Positions 1-12,029 of a stretch of DNA of 64,000 nucleotides are shown here, piece by piece. Both the position numbers and the translations under genes were made by a program. Every line of letters starts with the position of its first letter. The first letter of the stretch is position 1. The stretch spans positions 1,536,001-1,600,000 of the forward strand of contig CAWGMQ010000006.1 of the NCBI GenBank assembly GCA_963823665.1. Reading direction: 5' to 3'. The stretch comes from an uncultured Planctomycetota bacterium (GTDB lineage Bacteria > Planctomycetota > Planctomycetia > Isosphaerales > Isosphaeraceae). The notes under the pieces are model-generated. The model did no database searches, had not been told where the DNA came from, and saw only the letters and a program-made list of their open reading frames with translations.

Positions 1-1347
1 GCCCGAGCCTCCGCCAGAGCCACGGCCGCGATCGCACGCCCCCGGGCCCGCGCGATCAAGATGATGCCGGCGGACAAGAACATGACCGCTGTCAGAAGGA
101 TCGAGACGGCCGTCACTGCCGCACGACGATGTCGTCGTACCCATCGCCACGACCGATCCATGAGGCTTGGCCGTCGCGCCCAGATCGGCTTACGGTCCAG
201 GAAACGCCGCAGGTCTTGCGACAACTCCTGGGCGGTGGCGTAGCGATCATCGCGTTCCTTGGCCATCGCCTTCAGGACGATCATCTCGAGATCGCGCGGG
301 ATAGCGGGGTTTACCCGTCGCGGGGCCTTCGGTTCTTCCTCGACGATCCGTCGCATCAGGTCCAACTGGTCGACGCCCTCGAAGGCAGGCCGCCGTGCGA
401 GCAACTCGTAAAGTGTTGCGCCCAATGAATAGATATCAGTCCGATGGTCAACCGCTACTCGACCGGCCTGGACCTGCTCGGGACTCATGTAACGGGGCGT
501 GCCCGGCAACTCTCCGGTCGTCGTCGCGTGGGCTCCCCCCTGGACGTGTGCCAGGCCGAAATCGGTGATCCACACATTGCCCCGAGCATCGAGCAACAAG
601 TTCGAGGGCTTGATGTCGCGGTGCACCACGCCCTGCCGATGGGCGTAATCCAGGGCATCAGCCGCCTGGAACCCCCACTGGGCCACGTCCCTGGCCCAAT
701 GGCGAGCGTGCGCCGTGGCCCAGGACTGCGACGGCCCGGATCGCGACCCCGACGTCACGCCATTGCTGCAAGCGCCGTTGAACCCAGATGGTTCGTAGTC
801 TGCGACGGGCTCGACCCGACCGGACTCCGGGATGGCCTTGATCAGTGCGACCAAGTTTTGGCCGTCGATGAGCTGCATCGTATAAAAGTGGACCCCCTGC
901 TCGCAGCCGCAATCGACGATTGGCACGATGTGACGATGGCGCAGGAGTTTCGCCGCCGGGATCTCGACCTCAATGAACCACTTGAGTTGCTGAGGGTCCA
1001 TCGCCGCGGCCCTCGTCAAGACCTTGATGGCCACGCGGCGGCCCAGCGAGAACCTGCTCGGCCTCGTAGACGATCCCCATACCGCCCCTGCCCAGCTCGC
1101 GGAGGATCCGATAGTCCTCGAAGGTGGGAACGATGTTGCCCGCGAGGGTCCCGAGAGCCTTGTGGGCCGCGAGGAGGGGTGCCAGGTCATCGGCGTGCGC
1201 GGGGTAGTTGGCTAATAATTGCTCCGGATCGGCTGGGTGGCCCGCCTGGATACGTTCCAGAAAGTGGTCGAAGATGATTGTCGCCTCGATCTCCTCCGAG
1301 CCCGTGGCGCCGGTATCTTCGAGAGGCTGGTCTTCGTTGATAGTCAT
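1..1347 (-). CDS. Ser/Thr protein kinase (planctomycete type); frameshifted, C-terminus runs off the window start
   Basis: ELGRGGMGIVYEA in ORF 970..1347. Downstream minus-strand frames give HRDIKPSN, ITDFGLA and GTPRYMSPEQ. Start overlaps the stop of the upstream ECF sigma gene. Confidence 0.85.
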
Positions 1348-1949
1348 GGCTCTTCCTGTAGCTTCTTCTTCAGTGCCTTCGCGGCTCGCGACAGGAGCTC
1401 GCGCGACGCCCCTTCGGTGCGGCCCATCCGTCTAGCGATCTCCCTGTGCGGGACAGTCTCCACGAAGCGCAAGATCAGCACTTGCTGGTAGTCGACCGGC
1501 AATGACCCCAGGGCGTTGGCCGTCAATACGGCCTGTTCCCGCCGCGATGCGTGGGCGCTGGGGGTGGACCCCGAGGCGGCCAGGGCTTGGTGGACCTCCT
1601 CACCGGCCCTTTCGAGTAAGACCTCCAGCGACCCCGGACGTCGGCCCGGTCTTCCTTGATTCTCGAGGAGGTTGAGCACGTGGTTCTTCAGGATTTTACG
1701 CAACCATCCGACCAAGGCCCGTTCGTCGCTCCCGTTGAACGTGGTGAACTTAAGGCACGCCTTGAGGTTCGTCTCCTGGACGACATCGGAAACGTCCACA
1801 GACGCGTGCGAGGCCGTACGCAGCAGGGAGGCCGCCATCAGTTTCAGGTAGGTATGGCATGAGTCGAGCAAACAGCCTATGGCGACGGTGTCGCCGCCCC
1901 TGGCTCGTTGCAAGAGGACGTCGAAGGACTCGTTACGATTTGCCAACAT
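1344..1949 (-). CDS. ECF sigma-70 family RNA polymerase sigma factor
   Basis: Region 2 (SDVVQET...WLRKIL) and region 4 (LPVDYQQVLILR...EIARRMGRT); coupled to a kinase gene. Confidence 0.9.
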   Translation of the reverse strand: MLANRNESFDVLLQRARGGDTVAIGCLLDSCHTYLKLMAASLLRTASHASVDVSDVVQETNLKACLKFTTFNGSDERALVGWLRKILKNHVLNLLENQGRPGRRPGSLEVLLERAGEEVHQALAASGSTPSAHASRREQAVLTANALGSLPVDYQQVLILRFVETVPHREIARRMGRTEGASRELLSRAAKALKKKLQEEP

Positions 1950-2112
1950 CGGCTGTCCCCTCGATCGTTGGTGGATACCTCTGTTGTGGCCGAGGAATCT
2001 CCTGCGAAACCGAATGGCCTCTCTATTAGAGACAGCCGCATGACGCAGTTGTCACGCGCCGCGTAAGAATCATGGCGCCAGGAGAATGATTGAGTGCATG
2101 ACACGACGTCAC

Positions 2113-2200
2113 TGCTCGGCAGGAGCCTCGCTCTCCCGACATTGAACAGCGCTCTTGTGAGGATAACGCACGCACCGCTCGGCAGGAGCCTCGCATTCCC
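2113..2200. repeat. Two direct copies of REP-like palindrome GCTCGGCAGGAGCCTCGC(T/A)(C/T)TCCC
   Basis: Near-identical 24-mers at about 2113 and 2177, intergenic. Confidence 0.6.
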
Positions 2201-2706
2201 GAACGCGCCGGCGCGTCTAACCGTTTTTTTTTTGTTACCTGGAGGGTCTCCCGGCTCTAGCGAGCCCCAGCCCGAGCAACAGGATCATCATGCCTGCAAC
2301 CGTGATTCGTAGGTGTGCCGCGGCCTCCTCCCTTCCCAGCGTGCCCCCTTGTCTCTGGACATGGCCGGCGGGCCCGCGGTTTGGGTTCCCGCGACCTTCG
2401 GCGACGATTGTACTCGCTGATCATGGAACGATACAATTCGTCGGGCCGGGGCGCTCATGGGCAGGCATCTGACAGGTGTGGGCGGCCCTGTCGCGCTTCT
2501 TTGCGCGGAGTCGTGATGGTGGCGATTGTCGGCGCCGTTTGTCGCGAGCGGAAAGGCGGCCCCACCGGCGGCGGTGGTGCTGGTAACCGGGGGGCCCTCG
2601 GCAATTCCACCAGTAAGTTGTAGAATTGAGTGCGGCAATCTGAGTACGCTGTGCACGACTTGGCCCGAACCAAGTGCGAGCCGTATGCCTCACGCGAGCG
2701 CGGTCG

Positions 2707-2994
2707 ATGGCAACAAAGAGCCGATCCAAGGAGGATCAGAAAACGAGAAGCGGGGCGACCCCGGGCTTCTTCCCGCTGACGGAGGAAGTGACGACCTACG
2801 AGGCGAACCTGGCGGAATGGTCCAATCGCGCGGGTCAGTTTGTCCTGATCAAGCATCGCGATGTTCTTGGGTTCTACTCGCGACACGAGGAGGCGCTCGA
2901 GGCTGGATATGAGCGACTCGGGAATGAGACGTTCTTGGTCAAGCAGATCTTGCGAGACGAACTAATCTACCAGGTCGGCCACGTCGAGCTCTGA
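2707..2994 (+). CDS. Small DUF5678-like protein
   Basis: GQFVLIK...LGFY...EEALEAGYERLG..FLVKQI pattern typical of this family; followed by a protease remnant. Confidence 0.6.
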   Translation: MATKSRSKEDQKTRSGATPGFFPLTEEVTTYEANLAEWSNRAGQFVLIKHRDVLGFYSRHEEALEAGYERLGNETFLVKQILRDELIYQVGHVEL

Positions 2995-3082
2995 TGCCCC
3001 ACTTCACATTGGCCGAGATCTCCTGGCCCAGTGCACGTTTTTCTACAACGGGCCGCGTGGTGAATTGACGCTTTCGTGTTAA
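2994..3082 (+). pseudogene. Internally deleted retropepsin-like aspartyl protease remnant
   Basis: The overlapping TGATG start gives MPHFT, joined out of frame to IGRDLLAQCTFFYNGPRGELTLSC*, the typical IGRD C-terminus. The catalytic DTG region is missing. Confidence 0.6.
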
Positions 3083-3411
3083 ATCGCGCCATCAAGCGGT
3101 CATTGCGCGAAGACGGGTTTTTGTCCCCGATCACCTGTCCATTCTGTCGAGCAAGTCGCGGATCGCTTGCACGACGGCATCGTTATTCTTAGCGATGATA
3201 GCGACTGGCAGGCAACTTGCCCTGACCGATTTTGCCGGGTCGACCGCGCGGAAAAGCATGGTAGTGCCCGTTCCAATTTCTGACGTCCGTGTCACAATCG
3301 TGCAAAAAACGGACATCTCCCTGGAGGGCACGCCGGCAGGCAGGCAGGGGACGGGGCTTTGGGGGCAGCTCAAAAACACGTGTCCGCAGTTTAATCGAGG
3401 ACCTGGCAACG

Positions 3412-6400
3412 ATGGACGAGCAACCCCGCCGCGAATTCGAGGAGCTGGACATCGACCTCGCGCGCCGCATCGACGCGGCGTGTCGCCGCTTCGAGGCCGA
3501 CTGGCACGCCGGCGCCGGCCGCGGATCGAAGACTATCTAGTTTACGTTCCCAATAACGGCTGCGCGCCGCTTCGGGACGAGTTGGAGGCGCTCGAGCGGG
3601 AACTGCGGCAGGCAAGCGACGCGCACGCGCGCCAAGCTGATTCAGCCGCCGCGCAGGGCGAAAAGGAACTTCCTCCGTCGACGATCGCCGAAGCTGCGAC
3701 TTTGCCCCCCGGGGCAACCGGCACCGAACCAACGCCGGGCGCGCCAGGGCGCTCGACCCAACAGGAGACCACCAGCCATCCGCCGGATGGGGTCACTGCA
3801 AACCATGGCACGCTTCCGGGCGACACTCCGGCGCTCTCCAGGATCGGCTATTTCGGCGACTACGAGATCATTCGCGAGATCGCCCGCGGCGGCATGGGTG
3901 TGGTCTTCGAGGCGCGGCAGGTGAGCCTGAACCGGCCGGTTGCTCCCAAGATGATCCTCGCCGGCCAGCTCGCCGATCTAACCGACGTGAAACGGTTTTA
4001 CACCGAGGCTGAGGCCGCCGCCAACCTCGACCATCCGGGAATCGTGCCGGTCTACGAGGTTGGTCAGCACGAGGGCCAGCATTATTTCTCGATGGGCTTC
4101 GTGGAGGGCGGGAGCCTCTCCCAGCGCCTGGCGGAAGGGCCGCTGCCGGCGCGCGAGGCCGCCGCGCTCCTGCTGAAAGTCGCCGAGGCCATTGAATTTG
4201 CCCATCGCCGCGGCGTGATCCACCGTGACTTGAAGCCCGCCAATATCCTGCTTGATCCGAATGGGAATCCTCGAGTCACCGACTTCGGACTCGCGAAGAA
4301 AATCGAAGGCGACGGCGGTCTGACCGGCTCGGGCCAGATCATGGGTACGCCCAGCTACATGCCGCCTGAGCAAGCCGGGGGAAAACGCGGCGACGTGGGG
4401 CCGGCGACCGATGTTTATGCCCTGGGTGCGACGCTTTATGCCCTCGTCACCGGCCGTCCGCCCTTCCAAGCTGCCACTGCGATGGACACCGTGCTTCAGG
4501 TCATAAACGATGACCCCGTGCCACCCCGCCGTCTCAACCCGGCGATTCCGCACGACCTGGAGACGATCTGCTTGAAGTGCCTGGAAAAAGAGCCGGCCAG
4601 GCGGTATTCTTCGGCTCTGGCCCTCGCCGAGGAGCTGCGCCGCTATCTGGCCGGCGAGCCGATCCTGGCTCGACCCGTTGGACCACTCGAGCGAGCGCGG
4701 AAATGGGCCAGGCGCCGGCCCGCGGCAGCCGCTCTCGTGACCGTTAGCACGCTGGCGGTCATCGCGCTTGCGATCAGCGGATTCGCATGGTCGCTCCAGC
4801 TCCGCCGCTTCAATTCAAGTCTCGAGGCGGCCTACAACGACGTCAAGCGCGAGCGCGACGAGGCCGACAAAGAGCGGCAGCGAGCGCTCGTTCAGGAACA
4901 AATCGCGATTCGCCAGGAGTCACTCACGCGGCGTTCGCTTTATGCCGAACACATGAACCTCGCTCAACAAGCGTGGGAATCTGACAATGTCACGAGAGTG
5001 CTCGCGCTCTTGAACCAGCATCGCGGGGAGCCCGGTCGCGAAGACATCCGCGGTTTTGAGTGGTACCACCTCTGGCATCTCTCACACGCCGTTCGCCGCA
5101 CGCTCGGCGATCATCAAAACGTCGTAACCTCTGTCGCCTTTTCCCCCGATGGCAAGCAGCTCGCAACAGCCGGAATGGATCGGACCGTCAAGCTTCGAGA
5201 CCCGTCAACCGGCGCCGTGCTGGCCGAGCTGCCGGGCATCACGGAGCCGGTGCGGTCCATCGTCTTCAGCCCGGACAGCAAGTCGCTTCTGGTGGTGGCG
5301 GGTAAAAAAATCACGCTATGGGATCTGTCGACCAACCACGAGCGCGCGGCGATGCCGGCACAGTCGAGGATGGTCACATGCGCGGCGTTTGCGCCTGACG
5401 GCTCGACGATCGCCGTTGGCGGGCTCGGTCCGAACGTCTCACTGTGGACTCCGCCCAATGGCAAGATCGCCACGCTCACAGGCAAAGGAGGCTGGGTCTA
5501 TTCGCTTGCGTTTTCGCCCGATGGCAAGAGGCTCGCGGCGGGCGGAGCGTTTGAGGGAGCGGCCCAGTTGATCGTGTGGAACGTGGCCTCCGGCGCAAAA
5601 CGCGCGCTCAAGCGACGCGTCGATCCGGGCTCGTCGTCGCTCTTGCCGCCGGAAAATGTGCGGTCTGAGAACTTCCTGGTCGGCGTCGGAACGGTTTTTT
5701 CCGTCGTGTTCTCGCCCGATGGCCGGCTTCTGGGCGCAGGCTTCGGCAACTCGCCGGATACCGGACACGGAGAGTTTGTCGCGAGGCTTTGGGACGTCGG
5801 AACGGGCCAGGAGCGAGCGACCTTCAGCGGTCACGATCAAGCGGTGATGTCGGTGATGTTTTCCCCCGACGGCAAGACGCTGGCGACGGCTGGTCTCGAT
5901 GCAACCCTGCGCCTCTGGGACCCGGAGACCATCCGCAGCAAAGCCGTCTTCCGCGGTCATACAAACGGCATTATCTCGGCGGCGTTCGCCCCGGACGGCC
6001 AGACGCTGGCGACGGCAAGCCTCGACCGCACCGTGAAGCTTTGGGACGCGACTCCCGAACGCGAGCGCGACACCCTTTTCCGCGGGCCTGAATTCGGTGC
6101 ATCCGCACTCGCGTTCTCCGGCGACAGCCGCGTGCTCGCGGTTGGAAGCGCCGACGGAATGACAAGACTATGGGACGTCGCTACGAGCCGTCCGATCGGC
6201 TTGCTCGAAGGCACGCTGCAAGCGTCGGTGCTCGCCGTGGCGATCGCTCCCGACGGCCGAAGCCTCGTGACGGGCTGCAATGACCACCGCGTGCGGGTAT
6301 GGGATCTCAAGACCAGGCGATTGCTCAACACCGTCGAGGGGCACCATGATGCGGTCGCTTGCGCTGCGTTTTCTCCGGACGGCGCAATCCTCGCGACCGG

Positions 6401-7014
6401 AAGCGAAGATCACACTGTGATCTTGTGGGATGTGCCCACGTTCCGTCGTCGCGAGCTTCTTCGAGGGCACTCGAACGATATCACGTGTCTGGCCTTCTCG
6501 CCGGACGGAAGAATTCTGGCGGTTGCCTCCGGCAGCCGGATCGATCCGCACGATCCGGCGAAAGACCTGAGGCTATGGGACGTGGCCAGTGCGCACGAAT
6601 CCGCGTCGCCTGGGGGGTCCTGCTTCATCCATCACCTCGCTCGCGTTCTCACCGGACGGCCGGGTGCTCGCCGTCGCTTGCAACGAGCCGGCCTCAGTCG
6701 CACAGCTCTGGGATGTGGAAAGCCGCCGGATCCTCGCCAGCTTGACGGGTCACAAGGGCATGGTCTCGTCCCTGGCGTTTTCACCTGATGGTAAAACCCT
6801 GGCCACCGCCGGCTCGGACGCCCTTGTCAAGCTCTGGGACCCGATCACGGGCCAGGAGCGAGCGACTCTCAAGGGGCACACCGGTGCGCTCCGCTCGCTC
6901 GCCTTCTCGCCAGACAACACGGTGCTCGCCTCGGCGGGCGGCGCATCCACCCCGGATATCCTTCAGCCCGGTGAAGTTGTTCTGTGGCGCAGGCAGGGCA
7001 GGCCTTCAGCCTGA
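3412..7014 (+). CDS. Ser/Thr protein kinase with transmembrane helix and C-terminal WD40 repeats (frameshifts near 3510 and 6610)
   Basis: MDEQ...IDAACRRFEADW N-terminus; RGGMGVV, HRDLKPAN, DFGLAK, GTPSYMPPEQ; many GH...AFSPDG...LWD repeats. Confidence 0.92.
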
Positions 7015-8023
7015 CAATTGAGTCCCGATCTGATTACTCGGCGCCCCCGTGCTCCTTCGCGACGCGCGTGCGAAACCTCGCCGGCGCACGATTTTCGAGC
7101 CGCTCATCATCCCGCGTAAGCTGCAGGAAGCCGATGCACATCTCATCCGTCGTCTGTTCGCCCCAGCGCACTTCAACGGGCGGCTTGCTTGGGTTCTTGG
7201 GGTTCTTTGCCGAGTTGTCGAAGTGAGCGCCCATTTCGATCTTGGTGCCCTTGGGAATGGCGACCGCGGCGGCGAATTCGTACGTGCCCTGCCAGTTGAA
7301 ATCCCAGTCGTCGATCTTGATCAGCGTGCGCCGGGTGCCGTCGGGCAAGACCGCTTCCAGGACGAAATCTTTGCCGAGCCAGTGCATGTGGGGAATCACC
7401 GAGAGCAGATGAGCGTTGTAGCCGGCCGTCCACGTTCCCTTGACTTCAAAATTCGCTTCGCCCGGCGGGATGTTCAAACGCGGGCGCGCCAGCAACCCCG
7501 GACGCGGCGGCATCACGATTCCGGCCTGGAGCTGCTTGTCGATCGTTCCCTTGGCGAAATACAAGCCGATCGCCGATCGATCGCTTTCGGCCTTGCCGCT
7601 CTTGTGATAGTGAACCTGCAAGAGCACGTCGGCCCCCGCGGGGACGTAGCGGCCAACGCCTTTGGGCAGCTCGTTCGGCATCTTCCCCGGCGCCCAGCCG
7701 CTCAATCCGCCGGACGGCAGGAACGGTAGCCCGCCCGGCAGTGTGCCGTAGCCGGCGAACGTCTTGTAGCCCGGGCCAGGATCGCCCTGGTCGAGAGTGC
7801 GGGCGCACCCGGTCACGTCGAAGGCCGCCAGGATGTGATGCACCACCCTTGGGTTGCCCGGCCGGAAATCAACGGCTTTGACCCACTTTCCTTCCGTCAA
7901 GCCTGACGGAATCACGAACACACGGTGCTCGTCACGGCCTGCGGAATCAAGGGTGTAGGCCTCCGGTAGCTCGAGGACCAGATCCGGCGGGCCCAGCGCC
8001 CAGTCCGAGCTCCAGCTCTTCGC

Positions 8024-9588
8024 CTTTGTCCTTACCATCATTTTCTGGTGGTCATAGGTGCGCTTCCCCGGCCTTTTCCCGGCTTTTCTCGCTTCGCACC
8101 TGGTAATATCAAGCCAAGCCACACGCTGAGGTGGGGGGGAGGGATCGCGTTTCAACCGCCGGAGCCTCGGATGGACACCTTTCTTTCAGATGCGCAGACT
8201 TGGGCCATGACCCAATTCGCCACCACTGATCTTCATGACGAACGCCGTACCAAACGACTCGTTCTGTTGGCAACGCAGATCGCCGCAGATCCGTCCGGGA
8301 GTTTTCCTCAGCAAACCGAATCCTGGAATGATCTGAGGGCCGCATACAATTTCTTCGATTGTGAGGACGTCACCTTTCAAGCGATCGCCAGTCACCATTG
8401 GGAGCTTACCAAGAAGACAGCAGGTGAGCGTCAATTGATCATCGCAGACACGACCGAAATCGATTACGGGCCGTGCCGACAGGTCACAGGTCTTTCGCCG
8501 GTTGGTTCGGGTATCGGACAAGGCTTTCACCTTCACTCGGGTTTGATGGTTTCCCCCGAAGACGACCGGGTTCACGGCTTGGCCGGACAACTGATCTATC
8601 ATCGTCAGCGCGTTCGTAAGGGGGAGACGCGGACCGAACGGTTGCAGCGTGACGATCGCGAATCACAGATCTGGGGTGATCTTGTCATCCAAATGGGATC
8701 CCCGCCGTCGGGAACCTCCTGGATTCACGTAGTTGATCGTGGCGCCGACGACTTTGAGTTTTTCTATCACTGCCAGCAGACAGAAACCGAATGGGTGGCG
8801 CGAGCCAAGAGCCTGATCCGGATCATTATCACGCCGGAGAGCGGGGAAACGCCGCTGAAAGCCTACTTAGGGACCCTGCCGCGGGCTGGATGTTACACGC
8901 TCAATCTGCGGGCTCGCCCCAAAGCACCGGCTCGGACGGCCAAGCTGGTGGTCGCCATCGGGGCCTTACGGATGCCGACGCCGAAACTCAAAAGCCCATT
9001 TCTGAAGCAGGTCAAGCCCGCGGCGATCCCCATGTGGGTCGTCTGGGTGCGCGAGGTAGATGCTCCCGACGGAGTGGAGGCGATCGAGTGGGTGCTTTAC
9101 ACTTCTTTGCTGGTGGAGGATTTTGAAGATGCTATGGCGATCGTGGGGTACTACGGGAAGAGGTGGCTAATCGAGGAGTGGCACAAGGTCCTGAAAACAG
9201 GCTTTCAGGTAGAACGTCGCCAGCTCAAGACGTGCGATCGTCTCGAAGCCATGATGGGATTGATGTCTGTGGAAGCACTGCGGTTGTTCCAGTTGAAGGG
9301 AATGGCGCGGACAGCTCCCGAGCAGCCTGCGACCGAGGTGGTACCGCCCAAATACGTGATGATGCTGAAGGTGGTGCGCAGATTGACGCCCACGACAATA
9401 TTAACTGCGGGAGGATTTTTTCGGGAGTTGGCCAAGCTGGGAGGGTTCCTGGGCCGCCGCCACGATGGGGAGCCAGGTTGGATGACGATCTGGCGGGGTT
9501 GGGACAAGCTGCAGATCATGATCCGGGGCGCCGAGGCTATCATCGACGTATCTTCATCGGTATGATGAAGATGATGGTAAGGACAAAG
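8024..9588 (+). mobile_element. IS4-family (IS50/Tn5-like) insertion sequence, 1565 bp
   Basis: Terminal IRs CTTTGTCCTTACCATCATTTTC (8024-8045) and GAAGATGATGGTAAGGACAAAG (9567-9588), one mismatch. Direct repeat CTCTTCGC at 8016-8023 and 9589-9596. Confidence 0.95.
8171..9565 (+). CDS. IS4-family DDE transposase
   Basis: DTTE, DRGAD, YxxRWLIEEWHKVLKTG (YREK-type motif) and the Tn5-like C-terminus LGGFLGR..DGEPGW.TIWRG. Confidence 0.95.
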   Translation: MDTFLSDAQTWAMTQFATTDLHDERRTKRLVLLATQIAADPSGSFPQQTESWNDLRAAYNFFDCEDVTFQAIASHHWELTKKTAGERQLIIADTTEIDYGPCRQVTGLSPVGSGIGQGFHLHSGLMVSPEDDRVHGLAGQLIYHRQRVRKGETRTERLQRDDRESQIWGDLVIQMGSPPSGTSWIHVVDRGADDFEFFYHCQQTETEWVARAKSLIRIIITPESGETPLKAYLGTLPRAGCYTLNLRARPKAPARTAKLVVAIGALRMPTPKLKSPFLKQVKPAAIPMWVVWVREVDAPDGVEAIEWVLYTSLLVEDFEDAMAIVGYYGKRWLIEEWHKVLKTGFQVERRQLKTCDRLEAMMGLMSVEALRLFQLKGMARTAPEQPATEVVPPKYVMMLKVVRRLTPTTILTAGGFFRELAKLGGFLGRRHDGEPGWMTIWRGWDKLQIMIRGAEAIIDVSSSV

Positions 9589-10323
9589 CTCTTCGCCGGC
9601 GGCTCGTCTCTGGGATCGCCCTCGGGGCAACTCGCCTCGGCCCATGCGGCGAGTGTCTTTTTCTCGGCTTCACTCAAGACCCGTGCGCCCACGAACGGGC
9701 CTCCCTCGGAGGTCGAGGCGTGCCAGGGGGGCATAACGCGATCCTGAGTCACGCTCACGATATCGGAGGAACGTTTGCGCGCCTGTTCGTACGACAGCAG
9801 CGAAAATGGTGCCACCTGTCCCGGCCGATGGCAGTCCTGGCAGTGCTTCTGCAAGATCCGCACGACGTCGCGCTGATAGGTCGGAGCGTCGCCCGCGAGG
9901 GCAACCGGCCTCGCGTAGATGTTGGCCGCGACACAAACCAGAAACGGCAACATTCTTCGAACGATCTTGTCCATTCGCGGCTTTTCCAATACCGGCCTCA
10001 TCGTGATTCGCCCCAACGCATGGTGGCTGATTGAGTCGCAGTGAAACTTCTGCCTATCAATATAACCCCCGATCGCGACACTGGGTTTCACGTCCCGCGC
10101 CGATTCCTCAGTCGTACCCTTACACGGGTTTGATGAAAAGCGGGCCGTGCTGGCGAAATTCCACGTCGACGATTCGGCGTTTTCTGTTGCGCGACAGTTT
10201 TGTGATCGCGGCCGCCGGGACGGACCCCCCGTGGCCCCCCCTTCTGAAGGGGGGGAAACTTGGCGGGACATTCGCGGCGGGAAACCTCCGCTCCTCAATC
10301 TGGAAGTTTTCAACAGGCCACCC

Positions 10324-11739
10324 TCACATTGCCCCCATCGAGGACCGTCTCTGCATCAGATACAACGTCCTCCCGTTCCCAGTCACGCGCACCACGCTTA
10401 CGACTTCGAAGCACTCCGCCATACACCTCTCGAAGTGTTCGCGGTCGTAACGGTGATGAATTCCCCGCGTTCGCTGACTGAGGGAGACGGCCTGCGGGTC
10501 GTCTTCCGGAACGAATTCGATGACGAGCCACGGCGCGAGCCGATTGAAGAACGCAGCGACGTTTTCGAGCGGCTGGTTCCCCGCCAGCACAAGATGGTGA
10601 ACCAGGGCCAGTGCCAGGACCAGGTCGGGCCGCCCGCGCTCGAAGATCGAGGCGCGCTCGCGATTTTCCCAGCCAAAGGAGGGCGTGGGGTTTGCGAGAT
10701 CCTGAACCAGCGCGAGGAGCCGAGTCTCGCCCTTGTCGCGGGCCTGCACATAGATCCGATCGACACATGCCGCGTCCGATTCAAACGCGACGACGCGCCG
10801 GGAGAGCTCACAGGCCAGGAAGCTGAAGTAGCCAGTGTTGGCGCCAAGGTCCCAGACGGCGCCGGTTCCGGTCTGCTCGATCCACGCCTTGACGGTTGCG
10901 GACTTCTGTTCGAACTCTGCAGGCGTGTAGGAATTCTTGTCGTAATACGACTCCCACTCCCCGCGGCGGTGCTTCCAGCGCAAACCGCTGACCGTCGAAC
11001 GCAGACTGTCGACCAGCCCGAGCTTGGCGGCTTTGGTTACCTGCGCTGGTCGTGAGGCCGTCGTCCGGCCGGAATGGCCGCGCTGGAACGCCGAGTGAAG
11101 GTGCAGGTGAACCGCCAGGCCGAAGCGCACCATCGATCGCCACGGCAGAAGCCGTGCCGCAAGATCGATCGGCACGCCGTCCACGCTCGAACGCCAAAGC
11201 TGGCTGAGCCGGCCGTCAAGCAGACCTACCAGGGCCAGCGGCGCGAGGAAATGCTCGCAGAACTGCCGGTATCCCGCCCACGGCTCGCCGCGATCGATTT
11301 CGAACGAAAGCGTATCAATCAGAACTGGGCGCCCGCCGTGAAACGGGAAGTTGAACGCGCTGCAATCCTTGAGGATCATTCCGCGCTCGAGCGCACGGCG
11401 CTGAATTTCCAGCGCGGTGAGCGCGGCATCCTTAAACGCGCTGAAGCTCCATTCGCCGGGATACGAGATAAAGTCGACCCGCTCGGGACGGAGCGTTTTG
11501 TACGCCCGCTGGCGCTCCGGCGCTTCGCCGTTCGAGATTTCCGCGTGCGGAACGAGCAAGCGAGCCTGGACTAGTTCGTCATACAGGCCGCTTGACAGCA
11601 AGCGATCGTAGTGCTCCCGATAATCGTCGTTGACTTGCCGGCGCAGCTCGCCGTTGTGGGAATAGACAAATCCGGCGGGATCACGAAAGGAAACCGACGA
11701 GAGGGATCGCTCGTTCATGCACTGTGTTTTTTCAGCCAA
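10324..11739 (-). CDS. NoeA-like protein: N-terminal kinase-like region + C-terminal class I SAM methyltransferase
   Basis: SFRDPAGF start; LKDCSAFN and LIDTLSF; WDLGANTG SAM motif; LALALVHHL. Confidence 0.75.
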   Translation of the reverse strand: MAEKTQCMNERSLSSVSFRDPAGFVYSHNGELRRQVNDDYREHYDRLLSSGLYDELVQARLLVPHAEISNGEAPERQRAYKTLRPERVDFISYPGEWSFSAFKDAALTALEIQRRALERGMILKDCSAFNFPFHGGRPVLIDTLSFEIDRGEPWAGYRQFCEHFLAPLALVGLLDGRLSQLWRSSVDGVPIDLAARLLPWRSMVRFGLAVHLHLHSAFQRGHSGRTTASRPAQVTKAAKLGLVDSLRSTVSGLRWKHRRGEWESYYDKNSYTPAEFEQKSATVKAWIEQTGTGAVWDLGANTGYFSFLACELSRRVVAFESDAACVDRIYVQARDKGETRLLALVQDLANPTPSFGWENRERASIFERGRPDLVLALALVHHLVLAGNQPLENVAAFFNRLAPWLVIEFVPEDDPQAVSLSQRTRGIHHRYDREHFERCMAECFEVVSVVRVTGNGRTLYLMQRRSSMGAM

Positions 11740-11912
11740 GCTCCGTCACGAATCTGCCGGATCCACGACTTCACGAAGAACGACGAGCTGAGAAGACCCG
11801 CCAGCAGCACCTGCAACAACATGCTGCCGGACCCGGGATCGAGATAGCCCCAAGTCATTTGAAGGCTGTGGAAGGCGGAAGGCAATAGACCTGCGGAGAG
11901 CAACGTCATCAT
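11715..11912 (-). CDS. Small membrane protein with YLDPGSGS motif
   Basis: 65 aa; YLDPGSGS followed by a hydrophobic helix and basic tail; lies between two co-oriented genes. Confidence 0.7.
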   Translation of the reverse strand: MMTLLSAGLLPSAFHSLQMTWGYLDPGSGSMLLQVLLAGLLSSSFFVKSWIRQIRDGAWLKKHSA

Positions 11913-12029
11913 CTGTGTGTCACCATTCGAGAATCGACACCATCCTTGCTTAGCTACTATTTACGTAGGCGTCGCATGTGAATCTCATGTGCCGTGATTA
12001 AGAAAACTTCAGGAAAACCAGCCGTTCGG

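Larger units (their letters stand above)
7034..10001 (-). pseudogene. Secreted heme c (CxxCH) + Cu type II ascorbate-dependent monooxygenase-like protein, interrupted by an IS4 element
   Basis: 5' part (9589..10001) has a signal peptide and CQDCH. 3' part (7034..8023) has HHIL, QVHYH, PHMH and EMC. Removing the IS and one TSD copy restores the in-frame ...PPAKSWSSDWALG. Confidence 0.85.

Noticed and set aside
2288..2656. Overlapping short ORFs between the ECF gene and the DUF5678-like gene
   Set aside because: No recognisable family or RBS support in any frame.
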